This document shows positions 10,281-19,449 of a stretch of DNA of 64,000 nucleotides, one piece after another (position 1 is the first letter of the stretch; each line of letters starts with the position of its first letter). The notes beneath the pieces are model-generated. The model saw nothing but the letters and a program-made list of their open reading frames with translations. It did not search any database and was not told the origin of the DNA. The stretch is from sequence record SRR2962707_3387; one strand, written 5' to 3'. Both the position numbers and the translations under genes were made by a program.

Positions 10281-11397
10281 CCGATAGTAGAGACTTGATC
10301 ATGGCGACGACATGCGTCACATCCGCTTCAGAGACTCTGAAGCCACAGGGTAGATTGAGCAATGCCCGGGCAGCATGTTCGGTTACGGGAAGAGGCTCCG
10401 GGCACAAAACCGGGTACTCATAGCTTTTGCTATGAAGCGGCGGTGAATAGTGGGCCCGGGCCAGAACGCCAGCCTGATTCAGATTCCGCACAATGCGGTC
10501 TCTCACCTCCCCGCTCACGCCTGGAACCTCAACAACAATATTTTTGAATGACGTTTGCTGAGCCTCATCAAACGCGAGAAGCCGGATACCGGCAACCCCT
10601 TTGAGCTCTCTTTGATACGCCCGGTAAATCCTGCGGTTGTGGCGGACGTTTTCTTCTATTTCGTCCAGTCCGGCAAGGGCAAAAGCAGCATGGATATCGG
10701 GCATGTCCGAAGCGAGCCAGTGCCCGGGTTTCAGACGTCGGGCGTTACTTTTGTCGCGGGATCTGAAATCACGAAGCCTGCCTGCGTAGGCACTGTCGTT
10801 CACACACACGTAGCCGCCCTCCAATCCATTGATCAGCTTGCTCGCGTGCAACGAGAACACCTCGGGCACATCAAAAGACCCTACGCGTTTTCCCTGCCAG
10901 GTTTCGTGAACGGACTCCACGGCATCGATGACCATTGGCACGGCATATTTCGCTGCAATCTCTGTCAGTCGCGAAACATCGCAACAATTCACGATAGGAT
11001 GAACCGCAAGGATGGCTGCGGTGTTTGATCCAATAGCCCGCTCAACTGACTCGGGAGAGATTGCCAGCGTGGACTCATCAATGTCCACGAAACGGGGAAC
11101 CTTACCGGCCCAGAACACAACATCGGCCAGCCGGCGGTAGGTAAACGACGGGATAATAACCTCTGGAGCATCAAGGGCACTTAACCGCAAGCTCGCCACC
11201 AATGACCAGAAACCCGTGGACATGGCCACGCAGTGTTCAGCCTGATGGTACTCACAGAGACGTTTCTCAAGTAACGACACCAGCCAACCCGGACGACTCT
11301 CCCCCCCGTTTTCGAGCCACTGATCTACATACCCCAGAATGCGCTCTTTCTCAGGCTCGTAAAGGTTGGATGTTGAGAGAAAGCCTGTCGAAGACAT
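10255..11397 (-). CDS. DegT/DnrJ/EryC1/StrS-family PLP-dependent aminotransferase (divergent)
   Basis: IIPSFTY, PRFVDID, IDAVES, FSLHASKLINGLEGG (PLP Lys), C-terminal LNLP. Confidence 0.82.
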   Translation of the reverse strand: MSSTGFLSTSNLYEPEKERILGYVDQWLENGGESRPGWLVSLLEKRLCEYHQAEHCVAMSTGFWSLVASLRLSALDAPEVIIPSFTYRRLADVVFWAGKVPRFVDIDESTLAISPESVERAIGSNTAAILAVHPIVNCCDVSRLTEIAAKYAVPMVIDAVESVHETWQGKRVGSFDVPEVFSLHASKLINGLEGGYVCVNDSAYAGRLRDFRSRDKSNARRLKPGHWLASDMPDIHAAFALAGLDEIEENVRHNRRIYRAYQRELKGVAGIRLLAFDEAQQTSFKNIVVEVPGVSGEVRDRIVRNLNQAGVLARAHYSPPLHSKSYEYPVLCPEPLPVTEHAARALLNLPCGFRVSEADVTHVVAMIKSLLSDVPGSCDG

Positions 11398-12089
11398 CAG
11401 ACTCGCCTCGTCATAAGCACATCGAATCGGTAGCCGGCGCCGTAGAAATCATTCGGCATCGTCATGATGTCCACGTTAAAACCGCATGCTTCGCCCAGGG
11501 CAACGAACTCGTCCGCGCTCCACCAGACCCCAATCGGCGACTTCGGGTCGTCCAACCGGTAATCCACGACATTGCGCCGCTGGAAGAAATCGGCCGCCTT
11601 CGTTTTATCCGGTACATTGCCGATAAAGATTCGCTCACAGGCGCTGTACTGACTCCAGATGGTCTTCAACAGCGTGCTCACTGAGTCAGCGGAAAGATAA
11701 GAGATCACGCCGTAGACGAGCACCCGCGTAATTCGGGAAGCCTCAGGAAACTCAAGGGTCGCCTCTACCGCATCCCCACAATAGAAATGCGTTTTGCCCG
11801 GTATCGAAAAGAACTCCCGGGCCACACCAACCAGGTACTCCGAAAAATCTACGCCATGATATTCTGATATCGAATCAAACAGGTAGCTGGCCAGTGCAGC
11901 GTTTCCACATCCCAGGTCGAGGAGAACGTCGCCAGGCCGAAACCGCAGCGCCCCCGATATCTGATCCACGATCATCCGAATATCCTGCTCACTGACAGGC
12001 TTGCCATTCACCGTCCGCTTGATCTGTTGCCAGAACGCGTCGCGATCAAACTGTTTCGGGTATTCCTTGTGCAGATAATCGTCACTCAT
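11397..12089 (-). CDS. Class I SAM-dependent methyltransferase
   Basis: LLDLGCGN motif I, GVDFS; start could alternatively be GTG 12098. Confidence 0.85.
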   Translation of the reverse strand: MSDDYLHKEYPKQFDRDAFWQQIKRTVNGKPVSEQDIRMIVDQISGALRFRPGDVLLDLGCGNAALASYLFDSISEYHGVDFSEYLVGVAREFFSIPGKTHFYCGDAVEATLEFPEASRITRVLVYGVISYLSADSVSTLLKTIWSQYSACERIFIGNVPDKTKAADFFQRRNVVDYRLDDPKSPIGVWWSADEFVALGEACGFNVDIMTMPNDFYGAGYRFDVLMTRRV

Positions 12090-12098
12090 CACTGACAC

Positions 12099-12818
12099 TT
12101 AGGCTGGGTGGAGGGTGAAGTCGTTCAGCAATATGTCTTGCAGCGTCCCCTCATCACACCACATCAAGGCGTCGAGGATGGACAGGTTCGGAACGTAATC
12201 GTAGCCATTCTGAACATACGGGCGAATAGTCGATTCCATAAAGGAGAGACCAATGCCCGCCTCACGGAACTGTGCAGGATCAAACAGAGCCTGCCCCCCC
12301 ATAGGGTTAATGTAGTGCTCCGCCCCCATGGCCCTGGCGATCTTGAGCGCCCACTCCCCGGAATGGGCGACCTGATCGATCCCCAGGTCCAGCTCAGAAT
12401 ACACCAGGATCTTTGTATTGATGCCAAGATGATCAGCCAGTACCTGGAGACTGTGGGTCAGAAATCTGGACAGGACAGCGTTGGGCGTCCCGATGGCTGA
12501 TTCAAAAACCGACATGGTTTTCCGATAGTTCGGCGCACGACGATAATGAACCAGCTTACCTGTGAGGCTTTTACGCCAGTCACTGCTGTCGTCAATCTCA
12601 ATGTCATCAATGAAATCGAAACGCCCCCTTTTGCTCAGGGGTACGGTGATGTACTGCCACCCTTTCTCCGGATTGGGGTGCAAAACACGATTGCGATTGA
12701 CCCACCCCTTGTTCACAAACTGGCAATGATCAAACACAACCCAGGTGTCCGCGTGCGCCATCAGCTGAAAATAGCCCGGATACGGAAAGAAATAGGGTTG
12801 CATAACCGCCAGTTTCAT
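12099..12818 (-). CDS. WbqC-family protein (putative glycyltransferase)
   Basis: MQPYFFPY.GYFQL, GWVNRNR, YINP.GG, LSILD.LM signature. Confidence 0.9.
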   Translation of the reverse strand: MKLAVMQPYFFPYPGYFQLMAHADTWVVFDHCQFVNKGWVNRNRVLHPNPEKGWQYITVPLSKRGRFDFIDDIEIDDSSDWRKSLTGKLVHYRRAPNYRKTMSVFESAIGTPNAVLSRFLTHSLQVLADHLGINTKILVYSELDLGIDQVAHSGEWALKIARAMGAEHYINPMGGQALFDPAQFREAGIGLSFMESTIRPYVQNGYDYVPNLSILDALMWCDEGTLQDILLNDFTLHPA

Positions 12819-13948
12819 TGCCCGCTTCCCGAAGGCCCATGATTGGCATTGGCGGCTTCACGGAGACAGCTTATTATTCGGCCAAAATCCTCATCATTGA
12901 GGTCGCTATAGATTGGCAGACAAAGAATTCGCTGGGCGGTATCTGCGGCATTTTCGAACACCGCCGAAGGGTCAAAGTACATTGGAAAATCGGAGACCAG
13001 CGGATAGAAATAGCGGCGTACCAGAATCCCCTGCTTTCGGAATTCAGAATAAAGGTCATCCCTGGACAGTGGGAAGCTCTCATTTACCAGAACCGGACAG
13101 TAGGAGTAATTCCACTCCGTGTCGACCGGCTCTTCCATCAGTTGCAGGCCTTCAATACCTATGAGTTCCTCACGATATTTCCGGTACACACTCTGCCGGG
13201 CCCGAATGTCGGAATCAATTTTCTCAAGCTGTAACAAGCCCAACGCTGCCTGGAACTCGTTCATCTTGCCGTTGATACCCGGGGCGACCACCGTGGTCTC
13301 GTTGGCAAACCCAAAGTTCTTCAGGTAATCGACCCGCTGCTTCGTTTTCTTGTCCTTGAGTATCAGCGCCCCACCCTCGAAGGTATTGAACACCTTGGTG
13401 GCGTGAAAGCTGAGCACGGAAATATCACCAGCCTCCAGGAGGCTCCGGCCCCTGTATCTGACTGCAAACGCATGGGCCGCATCATATATAACGTGCAACC
13501 CGTAAAGATCGGCGATTCGCTGGATTTCATCAATATTTGCAGGAGTCCCATAGCAGTGTACGGGGAGTATGGCTGTGGTCTCCGGGGTTATCGCGGCTTC
13601 AATTTTTGAGGCGTCGAGGTTAAAGCTATCCGGCTCGATATCCACGAAAACAGGCTTGAGCTTGTTCCATAACAAAGCATGGGGCGTCGCCGCGAAGGTA
13701 TAGGGCGTGGTAATCACCTCCCCGGTAACGCGCATCGCCTGCAAAGCAGTAACCAGAGCAATCGTGCCGTTAGTGAACAGGGACAGATGTTCGACCCCCA
13801 GATACTCGCAAAGGCGGGCTTCCAGTTCCTCATGAAAGCGCCCACCGTTAGTTAACCGCCCGCTTTTCCAGATTTCCTCCAAAAGAGGCTGCAGCTTTTC
13901 AAGATCAGGAAGGCTGGGCCGGGTAACGGTAATCAGGTCATCAGCCAC
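12815..13948 (-). CDS. vioA: dTDP-4-amino-4,6-dideoxy-D-glucose (viosamine) transaminase, VioA-like
   Basis: VTRPSLP, LTNGG, NGTIAL, YDAAHAF, SFHATKVFNTFEGG, GINGKMNEFQAA, RRYFYPL; GTG start with GAGG RBS. Confidence 0.85.
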   Translation of the reverse strand: MADDLITVTRPSLPDLEKLQPLLEEIWKSGRLTNGGRFHEELEARLCEYLGVEHLSLFTNGTIALVTALQAMRVTGEVITTPYTFAATPHALLWNKLKPVFVDIEPDSFNLDASKIEAAITPETTAILPVHCYGTPANIDEIQRIADLYGLHVIYDAAHAFAVRYRGRSLLEAGDISVLSFHATKVFNTFEGGALILKDKKTKQRVDYLKNFGFANETTVVAPGINGKMNEFQAALGLLQLEKIDSDIRARQSVYRKYREELIGIEGLQLMEEPVDTEWNYSYCPVLVNESFPLSRDDLYSEFRKQGILVRRYFYPLVSDFPMYFDPSAVFENAADTAQRILCLPIYSDLNDEDFGRIISCLREAANANHGPSGSGQ

Positions 13949-14154
13949 GTAGGCGTCCTCAAAAAGTCGTTATTGTTCATCTACTTCAATCCTAGCAGTA
14001 AACAGAACCCGGGCTCCAATGAGTTTCTTGTTCACCCATACCGGCAAATCCTTACCTCTCGGCCGGTCATTTTATTGACAACGCGGCAAGAAAACGAAAC
14101 CGGGTCAGCACCATCCATCCTTAAAATTATGTTATTAAAGTATTTTTTTAAACA

Positions 14155-14170
14155 TGGCACGCGCCTGGCT
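14155..14170 (+). promoter_or_regulatory. sigma54 (-24/-12) promoter of flagellin 2
   Basis: TGGCACGCGCCTGGCT, one mismatch to TGGCACG-N4-TTGCW, preceded by an AT-rich tract (14121-14152); no sigma28 box seen. Confidence 0.75.
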
Positions 14171-14275
14171 TTGATCCCTGCAAACGGCAAATTAACGAAT
14201 TCCAGCCGGCAAAGGTTCACCTTCTCGTTTTTCGACGAACCAGCCCCCGGCAAAAGCTGAGCAGGGAGAACAGAC

Positions 14276-15769
14276 ATGCCTCAGATCATCAACACCAACA
14301 TCGCGTCGCTGAACGCTCAACGCAACCTGAACGCCTCTCAGCAGGACGCAAACACAACACTTCAGCGCTTGTCCTCAGGTTTGCGAATTAATTCAGCAAA
14401 AGACGATGCGGCCGGGCTGGCAATTGCGGAACGCTTTACCTCGCAAGTAAAGGGCCTGAACCAGGCTGTACGAAACTCCAATGACGGTGTCTCGCTCGCT
14501 CAAGTAGCTGAGGGCGCGCTGGGGGAATCTGGCAACATCCTTCAACGGATGAGAGAACTGGCCGTGCAGGCTGCGAACGCCACCAACTCTGCTTCAGACA
14601 GGAAAGCCCTGCAGGCCGAGGTGAATCAGCTCAAACAGGAGCTCGAGCGGATCGCAACCACCACAGAATTCAACGGCCTTAAACTTCTCGACGGAACGTT
14701 CCAGGCTCAGAAATTCCAGGCCGGTGCCAACGAAAACCAGACCATTTCTGTGTCGATCACCGGTACCAGAATTGACACTTTGGCAAACAACACGGTCGAG
14801 ACCATCGCCAGCGGTAGCTCCACAGGCTCTATCACCGTAGCCTCAGGTGGTACGGCACCCGCACTGAATGCGATACAGCCTCAGGATATTACGATTTCCA
14901 GTTCGCTTGATGAGCAGACGGTTAACATCACAGCCTCTGGTGCCACAGCAGAATCGATTGCCGCCGAAATCAACAAAGCCGCCGAAACAACCGGTGTCTC
15001 CGCGAGTGCCCGCACCAGCGTTGAGCTGTCCAACCTGAGCGCAAGCGGCACCGTGACAATGAGCCTGTCGACCGGCGATGGCAACAATGCAACTATCTCC
15101 GCCCAGATATCCGACGTTAACGACCTTGAGCCATTAGCCCGCGAGATCAACGCCAGCAGTGGCAAAACCGGCATTACGGCCGAAGTGGATGGCGGAACCA
15201 TCAAGCTCATCCAGGAAAGCGGTAAAGACGTTGTCATTGAAGGCTTTACCAGCAATGGAGCTGGCTCGCCGACGATGGATCTGACCGGCTCCTCCCAGGC
15301 GACAGCCCAGTTGGCCACAGGCGGTAACGACAGCGCCCGGATAGCTGGTGAGATAAACTTTGACTCCGCTTCCAGCTTTGCCGTTTCCTCTACGGTGGCC
15401 GGTGGTGCAGGCGGCATTTTCGCAACCACAGACACCTTTGGCTCCGACCCGGAAAAAGTAGCCGACATCGACATCAGTACTTTCGAGGGCGCCAGCAGTG
15501 CGATGAGAGTGCTCGACTCTGCACTGGAAACCATTAACGGAATCCGCGCAGACCTGGGTGCGGTGCAGAACCGGCTGGAATCTACCATCGCCAACCTGAG
15601 CACCACGTCAGAGAATCTCTCTGCAGCTCGTTCCCGGATCCAGGATGCCGACTTCGCGGCGGAGTCTGCGAACCTTGCCAGAACCCAGGTTCTCCAGCAG
15701 GCCGGCCTCTCAGTTCTGGCTCAGGCCAACGCCCGCCCCCAGCAGGTACTTCAGCTGCTGCAGGGCTAA
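14276..15769 (+). CDS. fliC: Flagellin 2
   Basis: 497 aa; [50 protein letters not shown]. Confidence 0.98.
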   Translation: MPQIINTNIASLNAQRNLNASQQDANTTLQRLSSGLRINSAKDDAAGLAIAERFTSQVKGLNQAVRNSNDGVSLAQVAEGALGESGNILQRMRELAVQAANATNSASDRKALQAEVNQLKQELERIATTTEFNGLKLLDGTFQAQKFQAGANENQTISVSITGTRIDTLANNTVETIASGSSTGSITVASGGTAPALNAIQPQDITISSSLDEQTVNITASGATAESIAAEINKAAETTGVSASARTSVELSNLSASGTVTMSLSTGDGNNATISAQISDVNDLEPLAREINASSGKTGITAEVDGGTIKLIQESGKDVVIEGFTSNGAGSPTMDLTGSSQATAQLATGGNDSARIAGEINFDSASSFAVSSTVAGGAGGIFATTDTFGSDPEKVADIDISTFEGASSAMRVLDSALETINGIRADLGAVQNRLESTIANLSTTSENLSAARSRIQDADFAAESANLARTQVLQQAGLSVLAQANARPQQVLQLLQG

Positions 15770-15792
15770 CACACCAAAACAAATGTCCCAAC

Positions 15793-15820
15793 AAAAAAGC
15801 CAGGGCAACCTGGCTTTTTT
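15793..15820. terminator. Bidirectional intrinsic terminator between flagellin 2 and rmlC
   Basis: AAAAAAGCCAGG-GCAA-CCTGGCTTTTTT between convergent genes. Confidence 0.9.
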
Positions 15821-15835
15821 GTTTCTGCTACAACA

Positions 15836-16378
15836 CTAGGGAAATAATTCCCGGAAAGGCCGGCCCGCAGCGTCTTTCTCAGAAATGATCAACCGACTGG
15901 TTTCGACACACCCCCAGTCGATACCCAGGTTTTCATCATCCCACCGAATACAGCGCTCAAACTCCGGAGCGTAGAAGTCCGTGCACTTGTACTGGAAGTC
16001 CGCCTGCTCGCTCCTGACCAGAAAACCATGCGCAAACCCAGGAGGGATCCACATCATCCGGTGATTGGTATCGGACAGCACTTCGGACACCCATTGCCCG
16101 AACGTCGTGGAATCCGGACGAATATCCACGGCCACATCCAGCACCTCTCCCTGGCTCACCCAGACAAGCTTGCCTTGTGGTCGTTCGCATTGATAGTGCA
16201 GGCCCCGCAACGTGTTCCGGCAGGAGCGGCTGAAATTGTCCTGTACGAAGGAAAGGTTCAGTCCCAGCTTTTCCAGCTGTCGCTGATTCCAGGTTTCCTT
16301 GAAGAACCCCCGGCTGTCCCCGAACACCCGGGGTACCAGCACTTTTACATCGGGTATCTTGGTTTCAATGATATCCAT
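15836..16378 (-). CDS. rmlC: dTDP-4-dehydrorhamnose 3,5-epimerase
   Basis: FGDSRGFFKE, QDNFSRS, LRGLHYQ, QGKLV, PGFAHGF. Confidence 0.96.
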   Translation of the reverse strand: MDIIETKIPDVKVLVPRVFGDSRGFFKETWNQRQLEKLGLNLSFVQDNFSRSCRNTLRGLHYQCERPQGKLVWVSQGEVLDVAVDIRPDSTTFGQWVSEVLSDTNHRMMWIPPGFAHGFLVRSEQADFQYKCTDFYAPEFERCIRWDDENLGIDWGCVETSRLIISEKDAAGRPFRELFP

Positions 16379-16395
16379 GGTCGCCTTGTTGTCTT

Positions 16396-17259
16396 CTATT
16401 GCGCGAGTCGTCTGAGGTAGTGGCCATAACTGTTTTTATCAAGCTTATCCGCCTGAGCCAGCAACTGATCACGGTCTATGTAACCCATTCGAAAAGCAAC
16501 CTCCTCAAGACAGGCAATCTTCAGTCCCTGCCGCTTCTCAAGCGTTTCAATAAAACCGGACGCTTCATAAAGAGAGTCAAACGTTCCCGTATCTAACCAG
16601 GCAAAACCACGACCAAGGAGCTCCACGTTCAATTTCCCGGAGGCCAGATACGCCTGGTTTACCGCAGTGATCTCAAGCTCTCCACGCGCCGAAGGCGAAA
16701 TGCTCCTGGCAATCGAAACCACATCGTTATCGTAAAAATACAGACCCGTGACCGCATAGTCGGACTTTGGCACCGCGGGCTTTTCCTCAATGGAAACCGC
16801 TCGCCCCTCCTCGTCGAATTCAACAACGCCAAACCGCTCGGGATCTTTCACCTGATAGCCGAAAATCGTAGCACCGGAGTCAAGCGAGGCCGCCCGCTGA
16901 AGTTTCTGGCTCAAGCCCTGGCCGTAATAGATGTTGTCCCCTAACACCAGGCACACGCTCTCTGCACCAATAAACGACGCACCAATAAGAAATGCCTGGG
17001 CGATACCCTCTGGCCTGGGTTGAACCGCGTACTCGATCTCGATGCCAAAGTGGCTGCCATCGCCCAGCAGCCTTCGGAATGTGGAACTATCCTCAGGTGT
17101 GGTGATAATCAGGATTTCCCGAATACCCGCCAGCATCAGTATCGACAGCGGGTAATAGATCATGGGTTTGTCGTAAACCGGCAACAGTTGTTTAGACACG
17201 CCCTGAGTAATGGGGTACAGCCGGGTTCCGGATCCACCAGCCAACACGATACCTTTCAC
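16396..17259 (-). CDS. rmlA: Glucose-1-phosphate thymidylyltransferase
   Basis: [38 protein letters not shown] start at 17259 with GGAGG RBS. Confidence 0.97.
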   Translation of the reverse strand: MKGIVLAGGSGTRLYPITQGVSKQLLPVYDKPMIYYPLSILMLAGIREILIITTPEDSSTFRRLLGDGSHFGIEIEYAVQPRPEGIAQAFLIGASFIGAESVCLVLGDNIYYGQGLSQKLQRAASLDSGATIFGYQVKDPERFGVVEFDEEGRAVSIEEKPAVPKSDYAVTGLYFYDNDVVSIARSISPSARGELEITAVNQAYLASGKLNVELLGRGFAWLDTGTFDSLYEASGFIETLEKRQGLKIACLEEVAFRMGYIDRDQLLAQADKLDKNSYGHYLRRLAQ

Positions 17260-18167
17260 AGCTGCCTCCGTTTCTCGAAATAAAGCCCTTCGTCGACAAC
17301 CCGAATCACGCCCGTGGTCCAATCCGGAAGCTCCAGATCAAAAGCCTTTTCAAGCCGGGACGTATTCAGGCAGGAATTCTTCGGTCGCAAAACCTCGGAG
17401 CCATAAACCGCAGCCGTTACCGGGACAATGGCCGCATCGTCAATCACCTGCCCGGCCGATCGCTCCCTTAACAGGTCTGCAATCAGACAGCTATAGCCGT
17501 ACCAAGACGTTGCCCCACTCGCAGTCAAGTGATAAAGCCCGCCTAACGCACGATCTGGGTAGGTGCGGGCAACAGCATGAGCAGTCACGTCCGCCAGCAG
17601 CTCTGCCGAGGTCGGCGCACCCCGCTGATCATCAACCACCGTTAGCCGGTCTCTCTCACGCAAGAGCTTCAGCATCGTTGTCAGGAAATTCTTGCCACGG
17701 ACGGAGTAGACCCAACTGGTCCGGAAAATAAGGTAGTCGCAACCTGACGCCATAACTCGACGGTCACCGTCGAACTTGCTCTCACCATAGACATTCAAGG
17801 GCTGTGCAACGTCCGTCTCGGAATAGGCGTCATCAGACTGGCCGTCGTATACGTAATCGGTTGAATAGTGAACCATCAAGGCACCACAGCGCGCCGCCTC
17901 CTGCGCCATGGCTTCAGGCGCCAGAGCATTGATGGCAAAAGCCCGCGCCCGTTCGTGCTCCGCTGCCGGCACATCGGTGTAGGCGGCGGCATTCACCACC
18001 ACATCCGGACAATGGCGCCGAATGGTTTGCCTCAGGCCCTCCAGGTCACCTAAATCACCACCCGCTCCCGGCTTTCTGGCAGGTACCACCAGCTGCCCGA
18101 GAACCGACAACGCACGCCTCAACTCCCAGCCAACCTGGCCCTCACCACCAAACAGAAGAATGCGCAT
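17256..18167 (-). CDS. rmlD: dTDP-4-dehydrorhamnose reductase
   Basis: [35 protein letters not shown]. Confidence 0.95.
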   Translation of the reverse strand: MRILLFGGEGQVGWELRRALSVLGQLVVPARKPGAGGDLGDLEGLRQTIRRHCPDVVVNAAAYTDVPAAEHERARAFAINALAPEAMAQEAARCGALMVHYSTDYVYDGQSDDAYSETDVAQPLNVYGESKFDGDRRVMASGCDYLIFRTSWVYSVRGKNFLTTMLKLLRERDRLTVVDDQRGAPTSAELLADVTAHAVARTYPDRALGGLYHLTASGATSWYGYSCLIADLLRERSAGQVIDDAAIVPVTAAVYGSEVLRPKNSCLNTSRLEKAFDLELPDWTTGVIRVVDEGLYFEKRRQL

Positions 18168-19252
18168 CAAACGCTCCCCGACCGATAACTGCCGTCCGCA
18201 ATTCGCTCGCACCAGTTCTGGTTATCCAGATACCAATACACTGTTTTCCGAAGCCCGGAGGTGAGGGTTTCTTTTGGTTCCCACGCCAGATCACGGCGGA
18301 TCTTGGAAGCATCGATAGCATAGTGCAAGTCGTGCCCGGGCCTGTCCTCAACGAAGGTGATCAGGTCTTCAAAACGCCGAACTCCTTGCGGTTTCTCGGG
18401 AACAACATCCTCCAGTACATCACACAAAGCACGAACCAGATCGATATTCCTCATCTCGGCATTACCGCCAATGTTGTAGGCCTCGTTCGCACTGGCTTTC
18501 GTGAGCACTCGATAGAGAGCTTCAGCATGATCCTCAACGTAGAGCCAGTCCCGGATCTGACGCCCGTCACCGTATACCGGCAAAGGTTTACCTGCCAGCG
18601 CGTTGGTAATCATCAGCGGTATGATTTTTTCTGGAAACTGAAACGGCCCATAATTGTTGGAGCAATTGGTAATAAGAATCGGCAGGCCATAGGTTCGGCT
18701 CCAGGCCCGAACCAGGTGATCCGAGCTGGCTTTGCTTGCACTGTAGGGGCTACTCGGGGAGTAAGGCGTTTGCTCGGTGAAGGCGGTTTCTCCTGTCCGT
18801 GAATCCGCCAGATCACCAAACACCTCATCGGTGCTGACATGGTGGAACCGAAACATCTGGCGCTCACCTTCCTCAAGCCGGCCCCAGTATGCGCGGGCAG
18901 CCTCGAGCAGGGTATAGGTTCCAATGATGTTGGTCTCAATGAAAACTGCAGGCCCCTCAATAGACCTGTCTACATGGCTCTCGGCAGCCAGGTGCAGCAC
19001 AGCAGAAGGCCGGTACCGTTCCAACAGACGATCCACCAGCTCACGGTCACAGATATCGCCCTTTTCAAACACAAAACGAGGATGGCCCTGGAGCCCGGCC
19101 AGATTGTCCAGATTGCCGCAATAGGTGAGCTTGTCCAGCACCACAACGCTATCGTCAGTACGCTCAATAATGAACCGTGCAACGGCTGAGCCAATAAACC
19201 CTGCCCCACCTGTTACGAGAATTGTTCTCGTCATGCTATTGCTTCCCGTCAT
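18167..19252 (-). CDS. rmlB: dTDP-glucose 4,6-dehydratase
   Basis: [46 protein letters not shown]; start 19252 or 19234. Confidence 0.97.
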   Translation of the reverse strand: MTGSNSMTRTILVTGGAGFIGSAVARFIIERTDDSVVVLDKLTYCGNLDNLAGLQGHPRFVFEKGDICDRELVDRLLERYRPSAVLHLAAESHVDRSIEGPAVFIETNIIGTYTLLEAARAYWGRLEEGERQMFRFHHVSTDEVFGDLADSRTGETAFTEQTPYSPSSPYSASKASSDHLVRAWSRTYGLPILITNCSNNYGPFQFPEKIIPLMITNALAGKPLPVYGDGRQIRDWLYVEDHAEALYRVLTKASANEAYNIGGNAEMRNIDLVRALCDVLEDVVPEKPQGVRRFEDLITFVEDRPGHDLHYAIDASKIRRDLAWEPKETLTSGLRKTVYWYLDNQNWCERIADGSYRSGSV

Positions 19253-19351
19253 AAGTTCCCGGCGTCTCTTTTCCTGGCATAGAGGCCCGAGTATAACCAA
19301 AACCTTCAACTCGTCGCTGTAAACAGAGACGACTATGGACAAAACTGAAAC

Positions 19352-19367
19352 TGGCACACCTTTCGCA
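19352..19367 (+). promoter_or_regulatory. sigma54 promoter upstream of the TPR gene
   Basis: TGGCACACCTTTCGCA with correctly spaced GG(-24)/GC(-12), about 80 nt upstream of ATG 19450. Confidence 0.7.
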
Positions 19368-19449
19368 ACTCCTCCCTCAAACCCCGGCAAACCGTCAAAA
19401 AACTGCAGACCTTTGCCGCATCGGATAATGGCTGGTAACGAGGTGTTCC

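Noticed and set aside
11301-12300. G7 tracts in the DegT and wbqC genes (and A8 tracts near 47209 and 50400) as phase-variation sites
   Set aside because: Too short, frames are intact, and they match Gly or Lys codon runs
3267-15769. Inversion-based phase variation between the oppositely oriented flagellin genes
   Set aside because: Even the conserved 3' ends differ at many synonymous positions, with only short identical runs; no recombinase or hix-like site seen
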